Assembly: GCA_963811105.1 (NCBI GenBank)
Contig: CAWEPZ010000003.1
Span: 1-64,000 of the forward strand
Direction of reading: 5' to 3'
Origin: Candidatus Bathyarchaeota archaeon
GTDB taxonomy: Archaea; Thermoproteota; Bathyarchaeia; Bathyarchaeales; Bathycorpusculaceae
DNA length: 64,000 bases
Shown: one piece after another, positions 1-10,134 of the stretch
Numbering within the stretch: position 1 is the first letter of the stretch
How the letters are laid out: each line of letters begins with the position of its first letter
Notes under the pieces: model-generated
Databases searched by the model: none
Told to the model about the DNA's origin: nothing
Seen by the model: only the letters and a program-made list of their open reading frames with translations
Program-made: the position numbers and the translations under genes

Positions 1-14
1 GGTTATCACTGAAT

Positions 15-470
15 TTATTTGGCCGGAGGGTTCGTGGTGTTTTTTGCAAGGTCCGCATACTTGTCCCTCCATTCCAGCATTTCAGTCTCAAGGCCTCGAT
101 AATCGACGTATTCTGCTATGAGCTCCTGGTACACCTTCACGCCCATAATGATTGTGCGTAAACGTAAAACACCAAGTTTATCCAATTTGCCCGTTTCAAG
201 CTGCTCCAAGGCGCCAACTAAGGTCTTGAGTTTTTCCTCAATTGAAGGCAACTCATCGGGCAAAACTAACTTCTCAAGGGTAGAAGATAATGGCGTGGTT
301 TTTTTTTGCCTCTCATTATCTTCTTCTAAGCCTAAGCGAGCTGCTTTCAACCGTACAGCCATAAGGGTTTTACACATAAGCTTTGCAATAGACCGCATGG
401 ACTTCTTTTCTGTTACGAGCTCTCTAAGTTGCCTTTCCTCTTCAACGGTCCAAGGCTTGCCCTTCGCCAT
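15..470 (-). CDS. Myb/HTH-domain helical protein, putative terminase small subunit
   Basis: N-terminal KPWTVEEERQL..SIAK..KT..AVR HTH plus helical C-terminus; lies in a late-promoter operon; no terminase elsewhere in window (inference). Confidence 0.5.
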   Translation of the reverse strand: MAKGKPWTVEEERQLRELVTEKKSMRSIAKLMCKTLMAVRLKAARLGLEEDNERQKKTTPLSSTLEKLVLPDELPSIEEKLKTLVGALEQLETGKLDKLGVLRLRTIIMGVKVYQELIAEYVDYRGLETEMLEWRDKYADLAKNTTNPPAK

Positions 471-527
471 TAAGATCTACCTATCCTGCTGCAGACTTCT
501 CGGGCTATGAGTTTTCCGCTTATAATT

Positions 528-554
528 CTGTTCCAACTGTTCCAGCTGTTCCAG
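528..554. repeat. Three tandem 9-bp repeats CTGTTCCAR
   Basis: ctgttccaa-ctgttccag-ctgttccag adjacent to TTATAA (520-525), upstream of 15..470. Confidence 0.85.
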
Positions 555-579
555 GTTTTCTGAGAAACTATTTTAGGGT

Positions 580-834
580 TCAATGTTTTTTCCCCACAAA
601 TAAGCCGATTATGATTCCGACTAGGCCGGAGATGGTTGCGAAAATTTCGCTGTTCCAGCTGCCCAATATAGCCATGTGGGCAACCTCGAGGATTGATAGG
701 CAGATTGCCATGGCAATCGCAAATTCTACACCTAGGACTAGCGTTCGTCGGGTAATTCAATTTCCGGTGTTGGGCGGCCACGGATAGCTGGTCGATCGTC
801 GAGTGAGGGCACGTTTAATTAGATTTTCTGCCAA
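580..834 (-). pseudogene. Small two-TM membrane protein (frameshifted)
   Basis: Manual translation across indels: MAENLIKRALTRR...VLGVEFAIAMAICLSILEVAHMAILGSWNSEIFATISGLVGIIIGLFVGKKH. Confidence 0.6.
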
Positions 835-1276
835 GGCATCCTCATCCTCATTCTTACCCTTTGCATGCGATGGTACATGAATATCCGTGGGGAACGTGGG
901 TTTAGAAGATTAGATGAGATAATGCTTGAGCGTGATTGTCCTGAACTGCTTTTGGCGAAGCTATGAATCATGCAGTCAGCAATCTCCCTGTTTACGTTTG
1001 CGCGAACTAGAATTTTTACTCCGACTGTCCACCCCACCGGGATAGAGGTATAATCTAGGTCGAAGACTGTTTCTGTGAAGGAGAAGCTGTTCTGGGCTAA
1101 AATGATGTGTTGAACGCGGCCTGCTATTACCCTAGAAAGATGCCCCAGCTTTGCACCGGAACGTCTACGGCGCCGCCGTTCATGCTGCTTTTTCCAGTGG
1201 AGGCATCGCACCAATCAACTGAAATAAGGTCCCCTGGCTTAACATCTTCCAAGAGCTTAAAGTCCTGTTTACTCAA
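819..1276 (-). pseudogene. Conserved viral hypothetical protein (one frameshift near 1130)
   Basis: LSKQDFKLLEDVKPGDLISVDWCDAS...VPVQSWGIFL joins the IAGRVQHIILAQNSF frame after a missing base in ctagggta. Confidence 0.6.
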
Positions 1277-1320
1277 AAGCAGTCAACCTTAGTACACCAC
1301 CCTATAAGGTCTAAACAGCT

Positions 1321-1366
1321 TTAATGTCTTGAGATTGCATTAGCGATACTAGCACTAATACACCAA
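1321..1366 (-). promoter_or_regulatory. Conserved viral late promoter/operator, copy 1
   Basis: 46 bp identical to 22214-22259; contains GCATTAG-N11-CTAATAC inverted repeat; just upstream of a minus-strand operon. Confidence 0.75.
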
Positions 1367-1549
1367 CAAAAAATATTCAAAAAAAAGGCATGACCCTATT
1401 TAATCGAACGGGTTCTGTAAAGTCTCCGCTTGATAATTTTTGTTGTGAAAATTCGTTTGGTGGCTTCTTTTGGTTTTTGGTATCAGCTTATTCGTAACTC
1501 AAAAGAAGCCTCTTTGCACTCGTTTGTCTGGCTAAAATTGAAACGCGCC

Positions 1550-1861
1550 CTAAATTTCGGTGGGAACGTCTACTTTAAAGAATTCCAGAACATTATTGCC
1601 GATTTCGGTGATGTCGCAAATCACAATATTGCCATATCCAGTTTCTTCAATAATTAAATTCTGTTTAACAAGTAGTTCTAAACAATCTTTTAGTAAGCTT
1701 CGGTTAAATTCAAATTCGGACATTATCGTGGTGAGTGACATTGGGCCTTTCTGGGTTACAACCTGCAATATGAATAAGCATCCCTCAAGTTTGCTGGGTT
1801 TCATGGGTATTGGAACCTGTTTAGCATAAACATATTTTACAGGTTTTGCTGCAACTTTCAC
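1550..1861 (-). CDS. Winged-helix transcriptional regulator
   Basis: GPMSLTTIM...SLLKDCLELLVKQNLI...ITEIG archaeal wHTH pattern. Confidence 0.75.
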   Translation of the reverse strand: MKVAAKPVKYVYAKQVPIPMKPSKLEGCLFILQVVTQKGPMSLTTIMSEFEFNRSLLKDCLELLVKQNLIIEETGYGNIVICDITEIGNNVLEFFKVDVPTEI

Positions 1862-2001
1862 TTTTTTTTCAACTCGACAAATTTGTAATTAGATTCATGT
1901 GAATATGGAATCAACTATTACCTGAGCTATTTTGGGTCGACGAAACCTTCTATGTTATTGCCGATGTTTATTCCGGCGCTGACAAGGAACCTCTGTAAAA
2001 T

Positions 2002-2118
2002 CTATTTTTCCTTGGCGATCCAGGTTCTTACTGCTTCTTCGACAGCGCGGGATAGGTCGCCTTTTTTCCCGCCAAACCTCTCGACCGTTTTAATTCTGAG
2101 ATGTTTTTCCAACTGCAT
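2002..2118 (-). CDS. Ribbon-helix-helix protein fragment
   Basis: MQLEKHLRIKTVERFGGKKGDLSRAVEEAVRTWI, typical archaeal RHH; 5' end uncertain. Confidence 0.55.
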   Translation of the reverse strand: MQLEKHLRIKTVERFGGKKGDLSRAVEEAVRTWIAKEK

Positions 2119-2991
2119 ATCCTTTCATTATTCTACTAAAATCTCGCTAGGTACATCGGTTCATCTGCTGAGGCAGAAAAAAGTTTTTGATAAGCCTTCA
2201 TGGCTTCATCTTGCCTTTCACCAACCAAGCTGAGTATTTCCTTTTCCAGCATTTCCATTTTAGATCTTGCTGCTTTATTTGCATTTTTCATTTATTTAGC
2301 CTCATATCTGAGCAGAATGGAAATAAAAGACAAACGATTCAAGAGCGATATCCTTTATCAGGACTCTACCGAAACAATACAATATCCGTGGTCGCTTATA
2401 AAGACGTGATGCATGTCCAAGAAGATGCTTCGTTCTTCGTAAGTTTGGTGTTCAATCAGAAAACCGAAAATCGCCGCTAACCACACATTGGGTAAGCGCG
2501 CTGCTTTATCCCGACATTGTGCGCACACTAACAACCCTAATTTTATATACAAACTTCTTCTGTGGTCTTGAAATTAAACTTCACCCGCTAGCTTGATGGC
2601 GTGTCACAGTTTTTCAGGCTGCATCCAAACGGGTTTGCCCTCCAATATCTCTCGCTCGGAGGACAAGTGGTTGCTCCAATAGACATTAACCTTAGTTGTA
2701 ATACCCACCATTCCTACATATTGAATAAAAGACAGCTATTAACAGACTTATGGTAACAGCGAGAAATAATAGAATGGATGGAAATAAAGGTGCAATGGAA
2801 TTCAACTATATTGATGCTGTTATACCTACTAACAGAGATAGTAACCAATCAATAATTTCTATTTAGGCAAACTAGTTTGTAAATCTACTTCTACGCTATT
2901 CGGATTTAAAACTTATCATCAATGAAAACTTATCTAAGTTACTTTAGAGTATATAGCAAAGTGTTATTAATCTTGTACGTTCTCAAAGGGT

Positions 2992-3216
2992 TTGAGGGGT
3001 AACTTGTTGGATAGGAAAGAAGCGATTGCTCTCTTAGTGGAATTAGGATCTTATGAGCTTGTTAGTCCTGATGTTGTTGTTCTTGAACAAAGAAAACTCG
3101 ATAGATACCAATTGAAAATTAGAGGTAATTATAACTTTAAAGATGTTGGATTATTTCTGAAAAATAGGTTCTGTTTGGAAGAGATCAATAATTACTTAAT
3201 TATTTTCAAGCCATAG
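2992..3216 (+). CDS. Small hypothetical protein
   Basis: 74-aa ORF with protein-like composition. Confidence 0.55.
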   Translation: MRGNLLDRKEAIALLVELGSYELVSPDVVVLEQRKLDRYQLKIRGNYNFKDVGLFLKNRFCLEEINNYLIIFKP

Positions 3217-3233
3217 AGAAAACGGTAATCAAT

Positions 3234-3359
3234 CTACCTCGTCACTTTGAAACAGCAATTACAGTCCTTACAGGTGTAAGCTTCGATGTGAAACCAACGG
3301 TTTTCTAATAATTTGACAGGTTCCGCAACATCTTTACCACAGTTAGGACATTTCGTCAT
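3234..3359 (-). CDS. Small zinc-ribbon protein (41 aa)
   Basis: Manual translation MTKCPNCGKDVAEPVKLLENRWFHIEAYTCKDCNCCFKVTR with two CxxC. Confidence 0.7.
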   Translation of the reverse strand: MTKCPNCGKDVAEPVKLLENRWFHIEAYTCKDCNCCFKVTR

Positions 3360-3460
3360 GTCAAACGCTCAGTACGGTACTATACCGCATGATAAGAGCG
3401 CTAATTACTTGAAGATGTGTTGGCGCAACTTGATACAACAAACAACCCGAACTAACCTTA

Positions 3461-3670
3461 TTACTTCCCACGAGTTCTTTCTAAGTTTTTTTCGCTGTTG
3501 CATTTCTCTTCTTCGTTCATCAGTTGAGCTAACCAATAGGTAACATAAGCTGAGAAGCTGTGAATGCCTTTTTTAATTGTGTATTCCTCTTTGACTTTGA
3601 GCCATTCTTTAAAGAAGTAATCGTAAACTTCAGCTTTTAATGTGACACTTTTATAGCCTTTCTTAGGCAT
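3461..3670 (-). CDS. RHH/CopG-like DNA-binding protein
   Basis: MPKKGYKSVTLKAEVYD...SFSAYV. Confidence 0.65.
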   Translation of the reverse strand: MPKKGYKSVTLKAEVYDYFFKEWLKVKEEYTIKKGIHSFSAYVTYWLAQLMNEEEKCNSEKNLERTRGK

Positions 3671-3805
3671 TTTATTTCCCTCTCAAGTTAGTTAGCGTAC
3701 GTATGTTTATTTAAGGTTTAACGAAGTATCTGTTTTTCCCCATTGGCGCCTCACCGTTAATTATATATCTAATTGTACGGTAAAGTACTTTGGAGATTGG
3801 ACATT

Positions 3806-3952
3806 TTGCCACGAAAAGGGTATAAATGCTTAACAGTCACGGACAAAGTTCACGCCGACATCCAAAAAAGAGCCAAAGAAACCAACCGAACATTGAGAGA
3901 ATATGTCGAATACTTACTTGCTAAAGACAAAGTTGCTAAAGAAAAGGCTTAA
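3806..3952 (+). CDS. RHH/CopG-like DNA-binding protein (48 aa)
   Basis: Manual translation MPRKGYKCLTVTDKVHADIQKRAKETNRTLREYVEYLLAKDK; GGAG upstream. Confidence 0.65.
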   Translation: MPRKGYKCLTVTDKVHADIQKRAKETNRTLREYVEYLLAKDKVAKEKA

Positions 3953-4389
3953 CAACAAGAGAATTAAAACTCTAATTTTCGTCAATGTATCTTAGTTGCT
4001 CATAGTTTCTTCTTTGAAATCCTTCTTAGCATATTGTCACTCTAACAGGGAGTATCTTCTTTAAAGCTTCTTTTTGCTTGCACTGTTAGTGAAGGTGTTT
4101 ATGCCACTTACGTACTGGTCCACATTGATAGTCATGGTGACGTCTCTTTAGGCTTATTTGCCTCAGTTGCATTGTGGTTTCGTCTGTGGCGCTTTTAGCA
4201 GTGAGTCCCTGAACCAGGTTAAGACTACGGTTTGCTGCGTCATTTAGAGCGAAGCCAGATGGAAATGCAATAAGGAACACAGCAACATAAAGCACAGCCG
4301 CAATATCAACATACGCAAAACAGTTACTAGTTTCACATGCAATCGACAAAGCGATTAAATGTAAGCACACAATGTCGAAAAATCACCCA

Positions 4390-4568
4390 AAGAAACTTTA
4401 CCCAATCTTTTCACACCACTGTTCACTACGAAAGCCCATGGCATGGGTTTCGGCTTAGCCATATGCAAACGTATCATGAAGGCGCATGAAGGCATCATAA
4501 CGGTGGAAACTGTAGTCAACAAGGGAACAACGTTCACAATAACTTTACCTATCAAACCTAAAGTGTAA
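4390..4568 (+). pseudogene. Histidine kinase HATPase_c C-terminal remnant
   Basis: LFTPLFTTKAHGMGFGLAICKRIMKAHEGIITVET...GTTFTITLP (F and G2 boxes) with no upstream kinase frame. Confidence 0.85.
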
Positions 4569-4934
4569 TCCAACCAAAAAGACGAAATCTTTGCTGGTTA
4601 AGGCTAAGATTGGTTTGAAGGAAACATAAATCACACTAAATTTGCCGAAGGTCAATTTATGGCAGAACAATTAACCCTTAACTGATAAGGGGTTAAACTA
4701 ATTTGAAAAAACCGTAAATTTGCAGGCTAAATTCAAATTTAATCTTTTTTTCTCCATCGAACGCATACACTTGCGACTACTCACTCTCACTCACACACGC
4801 ACGCGCGCCTAACGTCTGTCAATCTCTCTTTATCAGTCAACCTTTCTGTTACAAACTCAAGACGGCTACCAAGTTTCCGAAAGCAAGGAAATTCTTAAAT
4901 ACAAATTGGTACGAAATACCAATCGGGGTTCTGG

Positions 4935-5720
4935 GTGTCTAATGACGAAAACACTGACCTACTACTCGGTTTAGGTTTGAGTCTTGATCAGGCAAGGGTG
5001 TATTTAGCTGTACTTAAACTGGAAAAAGCTACTGTGTTACAACTAGCGAAGTTTTCAAAAGTGTACAGAGAAGATGTCTACAAAATCCTGCCAAGCCTTG
5101 AAAAAATGGGCCTAGTCGAAAGATTGCTGGGAAAACCAGCTGAGATCCGAGCTACGCCTATTTCAGATGCTTTAAGCTTACTGGTGGCTGAAGAAAAAAA
5201 CAGATCTGATGACCGTTTAACGGGGATGAGAAGTAGAGTCCAAAAGTTGTCTCTTAAGGATTGGAAGCAGCCGATTCCTGGGGAAGAAAGCATCTACATA
5301 TTGGTAGCAGAAAAAAGGGCGGTTTTGGCAAAAACTTCAGAATTGATTAGAAACTCAAGAAAAGAAGTGTCTTTGGTTGCAGGTAAGGCAAGGATTATTC
5401 CGACTTTGTCTCAGTTTTCGGAAGAATACAGGCAGGCAATAAAGAAGGGGAGTCAGATTTACCTGATTTTTGAAGGAGACCTCCCGGACGGATTGCTCAA
5501 AGAAAAAGTGAATAGACTCATCGATGGTACGTCTGTTCACATAAAATTTCATCGTGAACCTTTGAATCACTTCATAATGTCCGATGACAAAGAAGCTTTG
5601 ATTACCAACTCCAAAGAAGGCGGATTAGATGAAAACCCTTCTCTTTGGACAAACAACAGCAACCTCATTGGCGTGATAAGAAAAAGTTTTGAATCCGACT
5701 GGAAAGAGTCTGAAGACTAA
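4935..5720 (+). CDS. TrmB-family transcriptional regulator
   Basis: LGLSLDQARVYLAVL...VYKILPSLEKMGLVE wHTH plus PLD-like effector domain (FIMSDDKEALI). Confidence 0.85.
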   Translation: MSNDENTDLLLGLGLSLDQARVYLAVLKLEKATVLQLAKFSKVYREDVYKILPSLEKMGLVERLLGKPAEIRATPISDALSLLVAEEKNRSDDRLTGMRSRVQKLSLKDWKQPIPGEESIYILVAEKRAVLAKTSELIRNSRKEVSLVAGKARIIPTLSQFSEEYRQAIKKGSQIYLIFEGDLPDGLLKEKVNRLIDGTSVHIKFHREPLNHFIMSDDKEALITNSKEGGLDENPSLWTNNSNLIGVIRKSFESDWKESED

Positions 5721-6074
5721 CTTGAAAATCTCATTTCTTTTTGTGTGATAGAGAATTATTCGCTCGGCAAGTGCAGATCTTTTTGTTGCTTACTTCGCTC
5801 TGCTTTTCTTAAGATTGGTTTGCAGGAGCTGTAGATGTGCCATTACAGTCACAAGTTTTTATTAGCAATTTTTGGACTTATATACAAGTATTGGTTAAAT
5901 GTGCATGTTTTATATTTAACAATTTCATCATCTTCCTATACTAATTTAAATTAGTCTTTAGGTATGGCTGAATTGATCTAAATTGTTAATAAAAAGCAAT
6001 TTTGCTTTTAATTCATAAAATTTATAAGCAAATAGTTCAGTTATTAAGTAATCAATTTCAGGATTGAAATAACT

Positions 6075-6326
6075 TTGGAAACTGTCAACATCACATCTGA
6101 TGAAGAAAAATCCGCGAAATGCATCGAATGCGCGTGTGGATTCAAGATTGACCTTTCATGCGATGCAAATCAAATGGGCAATGCAATTGCTGCTCACGCC
6201 CAAGAACATGTGAAACCAAAATCAGATATCGCAAGTGCCAAGGCTCAGGCATCTCGAATTGAATACCTCCTTATTGAGAAGGTTTTCATAGCAATTAATC
6301 GAATACCGCAAGTCTTCATTTTTTAG
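6075..6326 (+). CDS. Small metal-binding protein (CxC...H...H)
   Basis: CIECACG...AIAAHAQEH. Confidence 0.6.
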   Translation: METVNITSDEEKSAKCIECACGFKIDLSCDANQMGNAIAAHAQEHVKPKSDIASAKAQASRIEYLLIEKVFIAINRIPQVFIF

Positions 6327-6436
6327 GATAAATTAGAACTTTACCCAGGTAACAGTTTTTCTCTGAAAAATTGAATGTAAGGCGCGGTAGTTTTACTGAA
6401 ATAACCTTTAAGTTATAGTAAAACTATAAGCAATAG

Positions 6437-6706
6437 ATGCGGAAAAACAAAATGAACACTCAAATGGACGAAGTTTACTTCGCCTGTAAAAAAGCAGTCC
6501 TAGAACTCCCAGCTGAAGAATGTCTAGCGAAAATAAGAGAAATCTTTACCCCCGAAATTCAAGCAGCTATGCTACAAAAAGACAAGGAGTACAAAGAAGA
6601 AACACGAAAAATGCTTAACCGCGAACACGCAAAATCAAGACGCGACCTCACCCGCAAACGCCGATTCGGAGCAAGAAAATACAAGTCACCACAACCTGAC
6701 GCTTAA
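6437..6706 (+). CDS. Hypothetical basic protein
   Basis: 89-aa ORF with ATG start. Confidence 0.5.
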   Translation: MRKNKMNTQMDEVYFACKKAVLELPAEECLAKIREIFTPEIQAAMLQKDKEYKEETRKMLNREHAKSRRDLTRKRRFGARKYKSPQPDA

Positions 6707-6991
6707 CACCCCTAAATTTTAAATGCAGCTTGGTTAAAGAAATACAAGCGTTGACCGATTTGCCTTACAAGTCAGGTAGTTGGGGACCAGAAGAGCAGCA
6801 ACGAAGCAAGAGACGGCTAGAATACTTCAGTAAATATTCTAAGAAAAAATACGATTTATACTCTGAAGAACAAAAAGCAGAACTTACAGCGCAATCATTA
6901 GAGTAGTTTTGATTGCACAAGAAATTAATTGTGATTTCACTTTGTTACTTCACAAGTTTTATAAAGCGAATGTATTATTGTTAATTATGCT

Positions 6992-7043
6992 TAAGTTAAT
7001 TAGAGTTAACTTAATTATATCTAAGTTAAGTCCAATTAACTTA
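6992..7043. promoter_or_regulatory. Double palindromic operator TAAGTTAA-N6-TTAACTTA x2
   Basis: Perfect copies at 6992-7013 and 7022-7043 (30-bp period), upstream of a wHTH gene. Confidence 0.8.
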
Positions 7044-7095
7044 AATATTTCATTATTAATTGAATATGTTTCCCAACATATTAGAGGTGAAAAAA

Positions 7096-7443
7096 ATGAG
7101 CACTGAACAAAACTTTCAAGAAATTAAACAGCGAGCAGAAAAGATAAGTAGGAAAAACGACACATTTAGCAACCCAATACGAGTCCTAATAATTTCAGTG
7201 GTACTTGCGAAAGAGGAAATAAGCTGGAGTCAACTGAAAGAATACTTGGAGAAAATAATCAGTATAGGCGTTAATCCAAATACACTAAGTTTCCATTTAG
7301 CTAAACTCGTTGAAATGGGGTATCTCGAAAAAGCTGGGACTAAAGAACAACCTGCATACAAAGTGTCAAAAGCAAAAATTTCAGAAATCGCCATTTACCT
7401 AGACCCAATAATCGTCGAAGAAATTAAAAAGAAGGTATTATAA
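7096..7443 (+). CDS. ArsR-like winged-helix regulator
   Basis: FSNPIRVLII...PNTLSFHLAKLVEMGYLEK; GAGGTGA RBS before ATG 7096. Confidence 0.8.
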   Translation: MSTEQNFQEIKQRAEKISRKNDTFSNPIRVLIISVVLAKEEISWSQLKEYLEKIISIGVNPNTLSFHLAKLVEMGYLEKAGTKEQPAYKVSKAKISEIAIYLDPIIVEEIKKKVL

Positions 7444-7703
7444 TGACTTCTCAAAATGAAGTAGCCGATTTGGCATTTGTCTTGAAGAGTGCGGTTGCTT
7501 CTGGACTGAACGAACAACAAGAAAGAGTTTCAATAGAAATTAAAGAATTTTCAAGAATAGGACAGGCCTATACCGTTTCAGCCACCTTTAAAGTTACCCC
7601 ATTTTTTGTTACAAGAACTGGAAATGTATTTGCAGCATTTGTGAAAACAGAAAAAGGATTTGAGATTACAAGCCTGAAAATAATAGAGGATAAAGGATTG
7701 TAG
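7443..7703 (+). CDS. Small hypothetical protein, translationally coupled
   Basis: TAATG stop/start overlap with the wHTH gene. Confidence 0.7.
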   Translation: MTSQNEVADLAFVLKSAVASGLNEQQERVSIEIKEFSRIGQAYTVSATFKVTPFFVTRTGNVFAAFVKTEKGFEITSLKIIEDKGL

Positions 7704-7707
7704 ACGC

Positions 7708-8340
7708 TTGGCTGAAGACGCAATCTCGATAGTGCTATTGCTTGGTAGCTACAGTAGTAAAACAAAAAAAACGCTAAATAATATCAAAGAAGAGATTGCA
7801 AAACAATTTTCGGGGAGACCTTATGCCTTCCTTCTAGCGAATTTAGAAATATACATGACTGAGAGATTTCAAGTTTTAACTGAGACTGAGGAAAACAAAA
7901 GGATAACGGTATATTTATTTCAAGACAATTCTCTTTGTGATGTTTACGATATACCTTTTTCCGAAGGCCAAGAACAAACACAAATCGTTTATAATTTTAT
8001 GAGCAAAAAATTCGATATTTCGAAAATAAAAAAACAAACTATTTTTCAAAAATTTGATTGGCTGATGGGACTCTCAAAGGGGATTTTTCTCATAAGGGAA
8101 GAGGAACTAACTCGCGGGGGAGAATATGTTGAACTGATGCACACGCTGTTTTCTGGAAAGGGGAAAAAAATTTGGTTTTTCAAAAAAGACTCAATTCAAG
8201 TTTCTTCTATGCTAATGGAATACTTAGATACTTTTGAAGTGAAAATGCGGTCTTACTCAAAGGAGAATGAACTTTTAGCTGAAATAATTAGGATTGTGGG
8301 TTATCTTGAAGAAAAAGCCAGTGCCACTAAGACTATTTAG
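7708..8340 (+). CDS. NDT/TIR-like flavodoxin-fold protein (putative)
   Basis: VLLLGSY strand, IFLIREE..RGGEYVEL with candidate catalytic Glu, KIWFFK strand. Confidence 0.45.
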   Translation: MAEDAISIVLLLGSYSSKTKKTLNNIKEEIAKQFSGRPYAFLLANLEIYMTERFQVLTETEENKRITVYLFQDNSLCDVYDIPFSEGQEQTQIVYNFMSKKFDISKIKKQTIFQKFDWLMGLSKGIFLIREEELTRGGEYVELMHTLFSGKGKKIWFFKKDSIQVSSMLMEYLDTFEVKMRSYSKENELLAEIIRIVGYLEEKASATKTI

Positions 8341-8733
8341 ATTATGCCATATTAGGATTTTTTTAAACCATAATAAGGGCAATTAACTAATGAACGTCGG
8401 CGCCTCTGATTATCTTTTTCTAACTCCGGTATACAATGTAAGCAAAAACTCTGACCAAACCGTTGAAAGCCCGGGGAGCCTCAAGTTATAAATATTTTGA
8501 ATAACTACAACAAAAATAGGGATTTGGAATGGCATCCGCAATACCTCGGTAAGCTTAGAGTCAGTGTTCAAGCAACTAAAGTAACCACAGAAGGAGAAAC
8601 CGCCAAATTTTTCTATAAAGTAAAAAATATCGGTTCTACGACGTTTAGTGGATTTGTTCAGATGATGCTTTCATAAAATATTGCGAACAAAAAATGAGTG
8701 AAAAGCGTTAAGAAATTACTGAGCCCCAAGGCA

Positions 8734-8980
8734 TCAATAGTCCTCGGGAAGCATAACAGTGTAGCGGCTTGACTCGTTTTGGGCAATAAAGATTTCCTGT
8801 GAACTCCCGGAAGGCAACTGGATCCGCCCGCTTACAAAGTAGTCATCGACAGGTTTCTTACGGAAAACCCTAAGCGACTGATTAATAAGATCACGCAGAT
8901 TGGCGACGTTGATTGTGTTATCCGGGTTCCAGTAGCCTTTGGCTAGAAGGCCTGTGGTTATGAACTGAGGGTTCTGTCAA
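8734..8980 (-). pseudogene. MGE-type small protein ending TVMLPEDY (5' disrupted)
   Basis: Manual translation FITTGLLAKGYWNPDN...IFIAQNESSRYTVMLPEDY. Confidence 0.45.
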
Positions 8981-8988
8981 GTTGTCGG

Positions 8989-9317
8989 TTATTTCTTCTC
9001 CATGTAAACTTTCGGTTGCTGACTTGCATTCTGAATTAGTTGAGGTTGGGTACATATTTTCTGCCAAATTACATCGTTTAGCTTGTACTCGAGTTCCCGC
9101 AATTCTTCTGTTGAGCCAACAAAATAGACATCACCATAGGCTCAAAAATTATCGGGTTACACGCTGCCCCACTTGCCATCCCATTATCCCTACACATATC
9201 CATCAACTCATCAAAGGCAACTCGTGCTTCCTCGTTTGGCAAAGCATTTCTAAAGCTTTTCCACCTATGAATCTCAAACTCCAAAGCCATCCGATACGAA
9301 GGAACAGTCTTACCCAA
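8989..9317 (-). CDS. PolB2-associated small protein-like (arCOG07300-like), C-terminal frameshift
   Basis: MGKTVPSYRMALEFEIHRWKSFRNAL...FDELMDMCR...NPIIFEPMVMSILL. Confidence 0.6.
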
Positions 9318-9489
9318 CTCAGCTAAGCCTCCACACAATTCGTTGTCTTCATCATAACCAATCACGTAGGGCTCCCGCTTATGGTTCAGACTGCTTAAAA
9401 AGAAAGCGAACAAACTACTCATTTGAGCAGTGGAGACGTGGATGAAAGTAAAAAATGCTTCCCCCTGAACTGCTGGCTTAAACTCAAAA

Positions 9490-9743
9490 TTTAATCGAAG
9501 AAAACAAACAAATGAGCTACGCACACCAAAGAAGAATTCGTACGCGACGCCATAAGATCTATACTTGAGAGACTCAAAAACGACAACGAATTTGTTGAAG
9601 TCTCACGCGAACAATACGATGAGCTGGAAGAAGCCCTAAAAGAAATGGGCACCACATACCGCACACCAGAACAATTCATACGAAGCCAAATAAGCGAAGT
9701 ACTCTACAAATACGACGAATACAAGAGAAGAAAATTAAAATAA
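9490..9743 (+). pseudogene. CopG/RHH regulator, frameshifted
   Basis: TKEEFVRDAIRSILERLKNDNEFVEVSREQYDELEEAL frame lacks an intact start. Confidence 0.55.
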
Positions 9744-9831
9744 AATGCTGTCTGGCAGCACATTCATGGTCATTGTGCTGATCCTAAGCAGTAATTGTTG
9801 AGAATATTGACGTCTCTATGTTAGCCATTGG

Positions 9832-10134
9832 CTACAATTTATCGAAAAACTCAATCAGTAGCTTTGCTACTTTTTCACCGAATTCCGTTATTATATAATA
9901 CTTTTTTAGCGGATCAATCCGTTCACTCTTGGCTAACCCCAAGGATTCAATTTCGATCATTCGTGCCCTAAACGTGCCGTCGCTTAGCGTTAGCTCATTT
10001 TCGTTCATAAAATCTTTAGCATTTTTCCATTTTCCTCTGCCGGTATGGAGCAAAAGCAAGCAGTCGATGGCGTGGTCTTTCTCCAACATAGATTTTAGAG
10101 CCGAATACTTTTTGTCTGTTAGAATCTTTGCCAT
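9832..10134 (-). CDS. Winged-helix regulator (HxlR/PadR-like)
   Basis: LSDGTFRARMIEIESLGL...YYIITEFGEKVA. Confidence 0.75.
   Translation of the reverse strand: MAKILTDKKYSALKSMLEKDHAIDCLLLLHTGRGKWKNAKDFMNENELTLSDGTFRARMIEIESLGLAKSERIDPLKKYYIITEFGEKVAKLLIEFFDKL

Noticed and set aside
4780-4810. CACTCTCACTCACACACGCACGCGCGCC dinucleotide-like tract
   Set aside because: Single short low-complexity stretch with no supporting context
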